From Thalia democratica (Eukaryota), in the NCBI GenBank assembly GCA_965202585.1, contig OZ241826.1:81344001-81408000 (forward strand): DNA of 64,000 nucleotides, written 5' to 3'. A model generated the notes under the pieces. It saw nothing but the letters and a program-made list of their open reading frames with translations. It ran no database searches and was not told the DNA's origin. Below are positions 52,201-64,000 of the stretch, piece after piece. Position numbers and translations under genes: made by a program. Each line of letters opens with the position of its first letter. The first letter of the stretch is position 1.

Positions 52201-53500
52201 ATAATACTTTACCGAAAATACTTTTCAAGGCTAAAAACTAATCTGATAGAAAATCACGTATAACTTAACTAATTTTTTATTTTGAATTTTTTTCAAAGTA
52301 TTTAAACTAACCTTAGTAACAACTACATTTTACTAATTCAAAAATTCCTATCAAAATTTTGCTTTTTTCTCACTAAAACCTCTAACACTTTTTAAAATTT
52401 GTCATAAGTCTCTGGTGTACTGTTTTATTACAACGTTAAAAATTGGTAAAAATATTTTTTTTTTTGCACACATAATATTTTTCAATAAAAATTTAAACTA
52501 GTTCTAATAAGTTCTAACATGTTGCTTTTTCTCTTTTTGTTTAATTTTCAACTAAAAACACCTTTTATAAATAAACAATTAAGAATAGTTAAAGTAGTTG
52601 CTTCCATATTAATGCTTGGGTTAGTTTATTTTATTTTTGTGAACAGTATTTTTTTAATCAATTGTTATTTTTTGAAAAATAACTATTAGGTATTACATGC
52701 TTTATTTATAGTTTAGCATAGAGGTAAAATGAAAGTTAAATGTTTTCTATAACTTTAGTAAAACAAAAGTCAAACAAAGCCGTTTAGTTTTGTATGTATG
52801 TAGCTACAGAAGAAAAACTAAACTTAAGAATATTTATGTTTATAATTAATTAAACGTTACTTGTAAAGTGATAAAATACTTTTTTAAATAGCATATATAA
52901 AATATAAAACGCTCATCGTCAATAAATTTTTTTTTTCTATGTTATAGGTCAGCATTGAACATTAATAAACATATTTAAAACTTATTTTTTTTTATTGTCT
53001 ATCTTTAAATTTTAATTTACAATAAAATTTTGATTATTAATTCAAATGAAATCTAGTAATTATAGTACATTTTAAGCTGTTAGTTAAACAATTGACAAAG
53101 TTATTATATAAATCAAGAAAAAAAAGTATAGAAAAACAAATATTTAAAATGTCTTAATTTTGAGCTTAAATTTTTTTTTTACAACATTTGCAAAAGTTGT
53201 ACAAAGCGATTTTTACAAAAAAATTTTTTTATTGTTTTAGTTAACTATTTGTATTGTGTTGCTTCTAATCATTTAATAATAAATTTATTTCAATTAAAAG
53301 CTCGTATACCGTAATGTATAAACGTTTTATCAGCTATTATAAATTATAATATTGTTTTTGAGATTAATAAGTTGTATTTTAAGTTCAGTAGTTTAGTTAT
53401 TAGTATTGTTATACAAATGTAAACATGTAAGCATAAAGTTAATAAATCATAAAGTCTTAGTTTTAGTATCAAAGAAGTATATCGACAATTTTCACTTTTA
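43300..53500 (-). repeat. Degenerate tandem array (right array), ~3.1-3.2 kb higher-order period, gene-like units
   Basis: Six copies of the block TTCAGTT(A/T/G)AAA(A/G)CGCGCT...(T/C)ACCT(A/G)TCTACT...TTTTACTCTCTCTCATTT near 44800-44905, 45150-45265, 46230-46315, 48360-48475, 49400-49450 (partial) and 51560-51670. Other markers recur about 3.0-3.15 kb apart (CTTTTCTCTCGTATAC at about 47200/50185; AGAGATGCATA at about 47855/51001). Confidence 0.8.
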
Positions 53501-54979
53501 TCTAAAGTTGTTAACAAAGATTTAGAAAAAAACTAAAGTACTTGAGTTTATTAATTAGTCATTAGATCATTTGATTATCTCTTTAAATACTCGTACAATC
53601 GAAAACTAGACTGAGAACCTATTTTTATTTTTAATATTCAAGCACAATCAAGTAGGTATTAAAATACTTTTCTTATACAGTTCATCTTTAAAATGTATTT
53701 ATATAAAAGACAATAAATAGCCAAAATAAGTTATACTAACTTTTTTCGTAGATTAAATGATAACGAAAACACTTTTGAACATTTTTAACATGGGTCTAAA
53801 ATAGAAATCTAAACATTTGTACTTTAGAGCTTTAAAAATCATTAGCTTTTACACAAATTTAGTTGTATATAAATTTAAAACTAATGAAACAAGTAAAATT
53901 AAAAGTAATAACAAGTTTAAAAAAGTTTGGACGTGATAATTTTATGTGAACTAAACTTAAAAAACAAATCAACCATGCTTTAATTATTATTTTATTTCTT
54001 TTCTTTTTTTTATTAAACAAACATTAATTAGTTAGCTTTCAAAAATAACTTAACCAATGGTCCAAAATAGTTTTATACAGTCTGCCTTATGAAAATTACT
54101 TTTTCTTTATTTCTAAGAATTAATTGCGGTTATTCGATTTTAGTTTCCATTCTAAAAGAAGCTATTTTTTATCGTAATTTATTTTTATAAAAACAAATGA
54201 CATTTTTAAAAAGTAATTACTTATCTTATCAGGCTTTCTATAAAGGTATTTGATGATTTCAGAAAATAACTAAATTTTTATGATAAATAAAAACTAACAA
54301 AATTTTATTATATTTAAAATTACAGCCAAACGTAAAATGGTACAACTTTTTTTCTAAATTGTCTTTTGCGATTAAAGATTTATGATGAAAAAAAAGTGCT
54401 TCCTTTGTTTTAAAGTACTAGTATTCAATCGTAAACATAAAATTAGCTATCACTTGCAACATTTTTATATGATGTCATTTTTTTTTGTTATCAATTGGTC
54501 TAAGTTAAACTTTAAACTTTCTAAGTATGTTGAACACCAGAATTTAATTATATTCTAAGAGTTAACAAATATTTTTCAAAAATTAAATTTCGTTTTAACT
54601 TCAGAAGATGAGTTTTTAATAATGTGTTTCAGTTTAAGTAATATGATAAACTAGCATTTATGTGTAGACATGTGAGATAACGAACAATTTGATTTTTATT
54701 GAACATTATAGGCAACGGCGTGTTCATATTTTCAATGTTTAGCAATTGTATTAGTTATAAATCTAAATGAAAATAAGTTACAAAAAACTAGATCAAATTT
54801 TTTTTCTTACTTTTAATACTAATCTTGAAACAGTTATATTCACGAGTGATGCAGCCTAACACGTCATAAAACTGTTTAGTAAATATCTTATCAAAAAAAT
54901 AGTTTTTGGATACTTTATGGCAACTGCAGAAGATCAAAGCAACATTGAGTTCAAAGACACGTATTGACCAGTGTACTAA

Positions 54980-55085
54980 GTGGCCGACAACTACGTCATA
55001 ATAACAACGTCATAACAATCGCCAAAGTAACCGACAACTACGTCGAGGTTCTTACACTTCATCGCGCGGGAAATCCAGAGGGGTA
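54980..55085. promoter_or_regulatory. CpG-rich promoter-like patch
   Basis: Direct repeat CCGACAACTACGTC x2 and ACGTCATA x2 (CRE half-sites), plus CGCGCGGGAAA (E2F-like), in AT-rich surroundings. Confidence 0.3.
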
Positions 55086-55879
55086 AAAATTATTTATTAA
55101 TAAACGAGAGAAATTTTCATGCAGTTAAAGCTTTATAGTTTTTATAAAAAGCAAAATCTTATTTCTGTTTGCATTAGTATTTCTAGACGACGTAGGAAAT
55201 AAAACGTAACATTCAAGCTATGTAGAGTTGCATATTGAAAGAGGTATTAATAACTACTGCTACTGTCGGTTGTCGATAGAACGAGTCGATGAACTATATT
55301 TAAAGTTCAAGAGTCAAAAACATCAATTGACTAGTAATATCAGTTTCAACAATTTTTAAAGCGGTCAAGACGTCTGCTGTATACCGTGCGACCGTTTCTT
55401 GTGCAGATACAGCCCTGAAATGGTTTAAATTTAAGAAAATATTCGGTTTCAAACTTTCAGTGTCCATTCTGCCGGAATGATTGTATTTTATGGTATTTAA
55501 GTTTTAAAATTTAAACTTTTAGATAACGAAAATTCTATGTTTCGTACCATAAAACTATATATAAAGTATTTATAAAACAGTAGTTTACCTCTACTTAAAT
55601 TCTATTTTTCTAATATTCTTAAATTAAAAAAACTGTTTCTTTGAAAAAATTGATAGATTTTACTAAAACATTTATAAGATTCAACGAATTTTTTCGCTTG
55701 AAAAAAAAATTATAACAAAATTTAACTGTACTTTTTCACTTTAAAGTCAAATAACAGTATAGAAAGCAACAGAATAACTAGCCTAGTGTACACATTTATC
55801 AAATTCTTTAAATGCAAATACTTAAAAATAGTTAAGTCTCACAAGAATACTTTCCTTTTAATTTCAACTTGAAAAAACC

Positions 55880-56470
55880 TGATTGCAGTAAATACATGTG
55901 TTGTGGTTCATCAGCCACCGTTCAATGCAACCACGACAAAAAACGTGTCTTCTACCGCAGTCGAGCCGCATCATTTTCCTTTCAAGTTCAACTTCATCAA
56001 GACACACTCCGCAAGGATCTCTGAATTTATCTGCTTCAAATTCTTCTGGAACAAAACAATGAAAGTTTCATTTGTAATACCAATACACAAAAAAGGTAGC
56101 AAATACAGTCCTTAAAATTACAGACCAATTTCTTTGACAAGTAACTTATTTCATCTTAAAAAACTTTTTTTTCTCCCTAACCGAACATACTTACACTCTT
56201 GGTTAGTTTCGTTTTTAAACAATAATTCTACTTAAGTAATCTATACAGATATCAAAAGCGCTTTTGACACTGTCTCTCTTTAAAAATTAATAAGAACTTT
56301 ATCGCAATGCAAAACTGATATCAGTCTAGTTAGTTTATTCAAACAGTTTTCAAACGATAGAACTTAAAAAGTAGAAATTAACAACACATTTTCAGAATAT
56401 TTACTTATTTGTAGTGGAGTATCTCAAGGAGGAGTTATTGGCCCACTACTATTTATTATCTACATATATT
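55880..56470 (+). mobile_element. CR1/L2-like non-LTR retrotransposon RT relic
   Basis: VIPIHKKGSKYSP*NYRPISLTS, IYTDIKSAFDTVS and SGVSQGGVIGPLLFIIY motifs in order, with internal deletions and stops. Confidence 0.85.
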
Positions 56471-59090
56471 ATATGGCTTCATATGTTGATGTTAGAAGCA
56501 ACATTAACCTCTTATCTTGATAAATATATTCTCGCTATATTTAATGTAGCAGGTTGTAAGATTAAAATTTATTCCTTATTTAAATTACTTTAGCCTTAAT
56601 AAGTAAAAAAAAATGAGTTGAGCTAGAAAACTTATCTTACAACTTTATAGCAGTTTTAAGTTTTATAATGTTTTAAAGATACTTAAAATGATTTTTTTTA
56701 AATTAATTGATAATTTATGCTACGAATGTTGTATGTTGTAGAACTTAATCGAATAAAATTTGAAAAGTAAAACTTGTTTGTTTTAATTAATATTTAAACT
56801 AGTTTTAGTTTATAGTATATATCTATTCAGTAAACGTAAAGCTACTTATGTTATAAACGTTCAATTTTGTAAAAAAAGACGCATAAATTTTAAACTATGT
56901 TGATTAGCATAAAGTCTTATAAAAACAATTTTTATATCGATCGGAGTTTTACTATTTTTCATAAAACAACTAAAAACTATAAAATATCGGTTATCAAACA
57001 AAAGACTTGTAACTTTTTTTCTTTGAACTATTTATATATGTATTAGATTTAACAGGCGTAATACAAATTAAGTAATTTATTCACACTTATTATATTGTAA
57101 TATTTGTATAGACGGCCTTTTCCAATTTTATACATAAATCAATAAACTAACTCCAACGATAAACCTAAAAATTTTGTACTTCAAGCTTAATTGATTAACA
57201 CGAATTTCAACACAACGTTAAACCCTTAACTTTTGGAAAAAATAAATTCTAATTTTTAATTTCAAATTAAATATTTTAATATCTAGACTCAACTTTATAA
57301 CATTCTACGTGTTTAATTTATTCTACTTGTAAGTTGATAACCTTTGTTTAATCTTTTATCTAATCATGAGCTTCTGAAATTAAACATTAACAGCTATCTA
57401 TAATTAAAAAACAAGAAATCTTAAATCATAAAATAAATAATATTTACATGTGGACTAGTAACGTAACATAGGAAAAAAAATATTTTAAAAACTAGTATAC
57501 ATGAAAAAAAAGATACTAACGCGTTTAAAGCTTCAAACAAGCTTCAAAACTCTGTTTACAACAGAAGTTATGCCAAATGGCGTGGGAACAACTAAAATAT
57601 TTTTGCAGACATAAATTGTTAATATTTTTAAAAACTTGATGCAAATCGTCAAAGAAAATTATACATAAAATATTTAGTTTTTTACAAAAAGAACTATTTT
57701 TGATACTTTACCAAATATATATTCAAATTCATTACAAAATTTATGCAAAAAGCAATACATATATACAATTTAAAAAAGAAATCTCTGCATGTTTTTGCCA
57801 TTAATACATTAGATATTAGATAATTTACGTATTACCCTCAATAACTGAATATGTATATAAAAATATATTTTTCAGAAATTGACCTTAGTAGATAAAAAAA
57901 ACTCAATTTTTTAGGATAAAACGTTAATTTATTGTTCAATTGCTTTATAAAATTTATTTATTTTACTTGAAAAAATTTTCAACATTTAATATTTTAGTAA
58001 ATCTTATATGTTTGGGTGCTTGAGATAAAATTCAAAAGCTTATAAATTGTTAAACAAACTGTCTTTTATTATTATAAAATATTATGTTACAGTTTATTAT
58101 TATACTTATTGTTCATCTTTTACTGATCTTAACAACAATGTTTTTTTAAATATAATTATATCCTGTTCGAACTCACAGTGTTTCATATGACACAATTGTT
58201 TCTACAACCGAAAATAAATGTTTTGTTGACAAAGTTTTATGATTATATTTTAATAGTTGTTTAAAAAACTTCATTTATACTAAATTTTAAAAAAATATAC
58301 AAAAAATATTTTGTTAATTTTAGTATTCTAGTTTTTGAAAACATTGCTATTTATGTACTAAAAAAATAAAACTATACCAAAAACTGTGTTTAAGAAAGTT
58401 TATTTTTATTAATAAAGCATACAGTATTACTTATAAACACTATATAAACAAAAGTATATTATAAACTTACATTTAACACAATCTTGTTCAAAGCCGTTAA
58501 CATCATAAAGTCTTTTTATAAAGTACTTAGGGTATGTTTAAATTTTTAAGCATTAAAATATGAGAACTTTAAAGATATAAAGAAAATTATATTATTTGAA
58601 CATTTTTTTACTTATCAAGTTTGTGTATGTTGTTTTGTTGTAGAAATCTTTAAAGACTAAATTAAAAGAACAATAATATGGCACCTTACATAAACACAAA
58701 TTACAAATACAGAAGATAATAAGTCAAGTATAGTTTATAAAAAAGTTTCGTTACCGTTTTATTTAAAAATATTTTTAAATACTACGACCTAAACGATAAT
58801 ATTAAATATACACAGCTATAAAAAATCACATTCATTATAGTTCTATCTTTTATAAAAGAACTTTAAAAAACACACGTAAAGTTTATACTTTTGAAAAATC
58901 AACTACTTTAAAAAGTATTAAGCTATATGTAGTTTACAAGTTGATCAAATAGTGTTTTAAATATCTTTTACAAAAAGTTTCAAATTTAGAAAAACAGTAG
59001 TTTTAATTTAATTAAAAAATAGTTTGGTAGATTATGAAACGTTTAAACTTATCGACTAAACATAGACTTGGCAAATTTATTGGCGAAAAA

Positions 59091-61241
59091 CTACCTTATT
59101 ATAAATATTTTGGCAAATAGAGTATTGAATACCAAAAAAAAAAATGGGGAGGTGCAAATTTCCTTGGTTGTTGTATACCATTTATCTTCATCCATATAAT
59201 AAGTCGGAATGTTCACGATTTTACTATAGTTGTCAAATTGATACATGCGATTAAGAACAAAAATCTTACTTCCTTCTGCAAACAAAAACTTCCCATAGCA
59301 ATTTCGCGTTATGCTTCCAGGTAAACTTGGGGCTATGAAAGAGAACTGCTCCGTCCAGCAGTCATACACTTCGTTGCTCTCAATGTCACTGTCACCTGCA
59401 ATCACGAAAAGTTTGTTTCCCTTGGCCAGCAACCCCGGCTGGTACCTTCCCTTGTTCATCTTGGGCAACATGGTCCACTCGTCCAGATGGTGGTCGTACG
59501 CTTCAACGCACCTCGACAACTTCATGCGGTTGTGACGCGTGCTGGTGTACCAGCCCCCCACAACCGTGCACCGCCCGTTGAAAACAACCGAGGAAGGGTT
59601 GCACCTGTTCGGCTTGACCATGTCGGCGATCTCGCGCCACCTGTCGTTGTCCGGGTCGTACGCCAAGCAGCCAGCCGAGCGCTTCCCGCCAAACACGTAT
59701 ATCTCGCCCATGAAAGAGCTCGCGCAGTAGTCCGTTCTGTAACCGGGAATTTTGGTTAAACGCTTCCAAAGATCAGTTCTTCGGCAGTAAACTTTGAAAG
59801 GCCGGCTCGCCATCCCGCGAACGTATTTTGTGCCTACTTCAATAGCCACGCACACCTTAGTTTGGTCATTGACTTGGTTGGTTATTTCTGTTTCATTTAT
59901 GATCGGGCTATCTGTTCTGAAGGTAAAAGCTTTTCTTGGTTCCTCACCACAATTTTCACCTCCCAGAAAAAATATTTTATTGCAGTTGAGTTTTGGACAT
60001 TAGTACCGATTTTCTAATCAAGTTTCAGAAGAAAACTGTTTTTTGCGTCTTTTGACTTTCAAAGCTTTCTTTATTATAGTTTCACAATCAGGGTTCTTTG
60101 AGCATAGTGGGTGGGCCTGTACTACATTAATTAGTATTTCTTCACTTAATAAAGGTAACCGAACTAAAACCAACAGTTTATCAATGTAGACCTTACGTTC
60201 ATTTTTCTTGTAACTTATCCAATCGATTACACAATAGAATAATTCTAACTCTGAATCAACTTGTAAATTAGATGAAGCAATAAGTGTTGCTAGATCTGTA
60301 TAACTTAAATCGCAGAAATCACTCAAATTAAATTTAGTTAGGTAATATTTGAAAAATAAATTTAATAGAAAGTCGTGCAAGTTTTCTAAATTAAACAGCT
60401 TAGATAGTTCTAAATAAAAGAAACAAGTTTTCGTTTTTAACCTTTTAACAATGTTTTCACAAATGTAATGTTTCAAATTAGAATTTTCAAGTAAACGCTC
60501 CGCTTCAAGCATATCAATCAAGTTATTTTCATTTACTTCTGTTTGACCTTTAATAATAAAATTAATTTTAAATATATTACAATTTAAAGAATTTAGTACC
60601 TTTTTTTTAATTCAAAAGTAGTGTGTAGTTATACAGTTTTCAGTTTGCAATTTGTATCTAAAAAAATGTTTGAGAACTTCTAGTCATAGGATAATTAAAA
60701 TCTAGTTTCAGTCGTTATCACAGAATGGAGTTAAGATTATTAGTGAAAGAAGTTTTAGTTGTAGCAAAACATTTGTAAGTTTCTCCAAAATTTTATTTGA
60801 AATTATAGCACACATTTTTTGTTAATTTTGCATTAAAGTTAACATGATTTTAATGCTACTACTAAAGTTTGATAAATTGCTTAACTTTTGCAAACCAAAT
60901 ATAAATTGTAAAACTTTTAAATTTTTTGTGAGAAGCAGATTTTAAAACTAAATATGTGCCGTATAAAAAATACTTTATTAGCACTTGGTTCTATTATAAT
61001 GCTTACCTTGTTTTGAAAACTCTAACATTTTAAGCATAATACATCTTGATATTGTAGGTAGCTGTATAGACACTACTGCATCATGGACACTATTTTGTAA
61101 ATACTTTTTCTTTCTAAAGTAGCCAAAACTTTTAATTAAAAAATCTAGAGACACATATAGTTTGCTCTGCTTACAGCCAAGTACCAATAACAATTGTTTT
61201 TTAGAGCTTTTACAACGAGATGTATTTTTGATGTTTTCCAT
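59091..61241 (-). CDS. BTB-BACK-Kelch protein gene (2 exons) with two in-frame stops in the BACK-Kelch linker; possible recent pseudogene
   Basis: Exon 1 61241-61007 (donor G|GTAAGC) splices in frame to exon 2 from 60547 (GQTEVNENNLIDMLEAERLL). BACK motif SSNLQVDSELELFYCVIDW..ER..LLVLVRLPLLS. TGA at 60018-60020 and TAA at 60000-60002, then the same frame continues through kelch repeats (FMGEIYVFGG, VVFNGRCTVVGG, VEAYD...W..LPKMNKGR) to the stop at 59091. Confidence 0.8.
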
Positions 61242-62499
61242 TTGATCGTTTTCACACAGGTTACTATAATATCTTGACTTCAGTTGTTTTAAATGATATT
61301 TACAACACTCAAAGTTCTTTTTTTACTTTTCTTATATAAGTCCGTCTACCAAAAAGTATCAATTTAGTTAGTACTTTAAATTTTAAATTAAAAAAAAACT
61401 AAAATTTAGTTATTAGCTTTAATAAAACTTTAATGATAACTATTTTATTTATTACTTTTTCCATTTATAAAACTACTTTATAGAACGATTAATTTTTGCT
61501 TTTGAATGTTTAAACTGAATAAACTGCTAATTATTTCTTTAAGATAACTTTCGTCTAACAACAAAAAATTTAAGTTTCATGATATCTGCTTATTAAGTAA
61601 CTAAATAAACATATGTAAGTAAACTCAGTAATTATCGTTCTTACATACTTAATATATCTTAATAAATTTTTTAATGAATAGGTTTTATTTAAACAAACAG
61701 CCAATTGAAACAAAAAAAAAACTAAAACTTTGTTTATACTAAAAATATCTTTAAAAGTATAATACGTTAAATCAATACAACTTTGAAAAAAAAAAACTTT
61801 TAAGCCTATACTTTCTAACTTTTTTACTATTTTAAAGAGATTATAACATAACGGAAAAACTTATACTTAAGCAGATAAGTACTTGTCTGTTGTATTATTA
61901 GTTACTAATCTTTTTTGTTTAAAAACACAATCAATAACAGTAAAGTAAATTCGAAATAGAAAAAAAATAATAACTCAGGTAATATTCATTTAAATCAAGA
62001 TTAATGTAAATAGTGCTTTTCGTTGTTGTTATTAAAACTTTATAAACTTAAAAATCTACTATAATTGAAATTTATCTTTTTATCTTTTACAATACAACCT
62101 AAGAAACTTAAGCTTAAAACAAACCTTTTTACAACTTAGTTAGGCAAGTGCCATATCTTTCGCTTAAAAAAACATTTTTCACAAAAAGTCATTTTATTTT
62201 ATGTCATAATATAACTGGTTAATAAATATTTTGTATAGGTGAGCTTATAAAGTCTTTGATGTAATTGATTCAAAATACTGAATATTTAAATAACTAACTA
62301 AACTATTGTTAAAAAAATTATTTTAGCTTGTACTTATTTTCTTCTTGTAAATAAATTGTTATAGCAAACAAATTTAGTATAACAAACAAAGTACTTCGTG
62401 ATCTTAATATAAATACATCTAATAGAAGTACATTAGTAATAACAAGTTTTGACACATTTTAAGTTAGTTTACTACATTTTAAGTTACTTTTTAAAAGTA

Positions 62500-63110
62500 T
62501 TTTATATTTTGAAAATTTTTTACTGAAAAATAAAAAAGCTTATCAAGTCTTAAAAGCTTTTAAGCCATTTTAATTAATTTCAAAAACAATAGTAATGAAA
62601 AATAATGTTAAAAAGTAATGTAATAATATGTAACTTCAATGAAAAGACAGAATAAGTGTTATGCTTAAAAAAAAATAAATCTTCAAGATCTTGTTTATAA
62701 CTATTAGGTAAATCAAAACTAAATAGAAGTAATGTAGTTTTTTACAGTTGGGTAAAAAGTATAATGAGAAACTATCTATACATAAGTCTTATACTATTTA
62801 TTGAATGATTGTACAATATACTATCAAGACTACTATTTGTTTTATTCAAATGACCGTTTCTTTCTTAATTTTATCTAAAATTTGCTCAATAAGTTCGTTT
62901 TTAAGCAAGGCATGTATAAATTTAAATAAGTTATTTAAAGTTTTTTGGAAGCTGACTTAAAGCCTTAGAATCAAGCTCTTAAACTACCACTTAAAGTATA
63001 TTTGGTTTTGTGAGTTGAAAACTAGAATTTTCTCTACTTTCAAGTATTTTTAGCTCATCAACACTTCTTAATTAAAAATCAGCATGTTAGCTTTAGTTTT
63101 AAAACGTGTT
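62500..63110 (-). pseudogene. Possible heavily decayed BTB(-BACK) paralogue
   Basis: GATTTTTAATTAAGAAGTG (about 63065-63085) resembles GATTTTTTAATTAAAAGTT (LDFLIKS) in exon 1 of the adjacent kelch gene, with coding-like stretches (FIHALLKNELIEQILDKIKKE). Very degraded. Confidence 0.25.
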
Positions 63111-64000
63111 ATGTGAGTTTATTTGTTCGATTTTGTTAAAATCAGATATTAGAGATAAAGAAAGAGAATAGAAAATGTTACATTTTACTGTTCTTTTCAA
63201 CAATATTGATCATTACTTTATAGACAAATATCATATCAAATCAAAATATTTTTATTTACAGTACATTTATTTCCATTGATATACAACTAAAATTTATTAA
63301 ATTACCCAGTGTACTGAATAAACTAAATGTCTTAATTTTACGATTTACGTAGATTAGGCCCTCTTAATTATGACGTAATTATATAGAAACCCTTGCTTTT
63401 TCGTCAAAATAATTTTATGAATTTAGTAAACATAAAAAAAATGTTAAAATTAAGCCTTTGTTTTCTACTGGCTGTTTTCTTATCTGAAGATTATAGCAAT
63501 AATGCTAGTGCAGGTAAAACTAGTTTTGTAAATTTCATTCAATATTTTTATTGAGCTCTAATGAATTGAAGTCGGAGTATATAGATACTACAATACTATG
63601 AACTTTTACAGGTCGCTCAAAGAGACAGTTAGACACAGAAGAGAAAGTAAACACTAGTTAGTTTATTTATAGTCTGCTTAATTTATAATGGAAAGTTCAA
63701 TAAACTTAAAACGTGTAAACTTTTATATATATTTTACACATAATTTAATAAATTACTTATATTAAAAAAATGCTTCATTGTGCTCAACTTCAATACACTG
63801 ACTACGTTTCTCTAAATAGATGGTTTAAAAGATTTAATTTAATTATAAGCTTAGTTGTTTGCAAAAAGTATTGTTCTTGTTTACTTAAAGATACGAAATT
63901 AAAAATTAAGGAAAGTAAAAGTTACAAAAATTAATAAACATGTTTATAAAATATTAATGCACAGTTTATAAAAAAAAACTGTTGTGACTTTAATTTTGCA

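Noticed and set aside
43300-53500. CRISPR array or snoRNA cluster interpretation of the repeats
   Set aside because: Units are kb-scale, diverged and eukaryotic. The TGATAA...CTGA pair is too close together and not conserved across copies.
59311-60003. Overlapping plus-strand and alternate-frame ORFs in the ORF track
   Set aside because: Shadow ORFs caused by the high GC of the kelch block; only the 59091-59855 frame has domain motifs.

Overview
Very AT-rich (roughly 20-25% GC by eye) eukaryotic DNA, most likely from an invertebrate animal, with GT-AG introns, the standard genetic code and many decayed transposons. Main contents: (1) an apparently intact spliced minus-strand gene (at least 18 exons, 42935 to at least 30797) encoding a Ulp1/SENP-type C48 cysteine protease, a PHD/ADD-like Cys-rich finger and a K/S-rich tail, almost invisible in the ORF track; (2) a decayed Penelope-like retroelement (RT + GIY-YIG) with ~750-bp inverted flanks inside intron 2 of that gene; (3) two multi-kb degenerate tandem arrays (~20.5-28 kb and ~43-54 kb) that by eye belong to one family and flank the protease gene in inverted orientation; (4) a PARP-like ADP-ribosyltransferase ORF and two or three BTB-BACK-Kelch genes/pseudogenes, one with an abrupt ~60% GC kelch block and two in-frame stops; (5) hAT transposase relics, hAT MITEs, a CR1/L2-like RT relic, an orphan C2H2/BED-like exon and an orphan GC-rich exon. 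No rRNA, tRNA or CRISPR array was recognised. All alignments, splice models and identities were worked out by hand and need computational confirmation.
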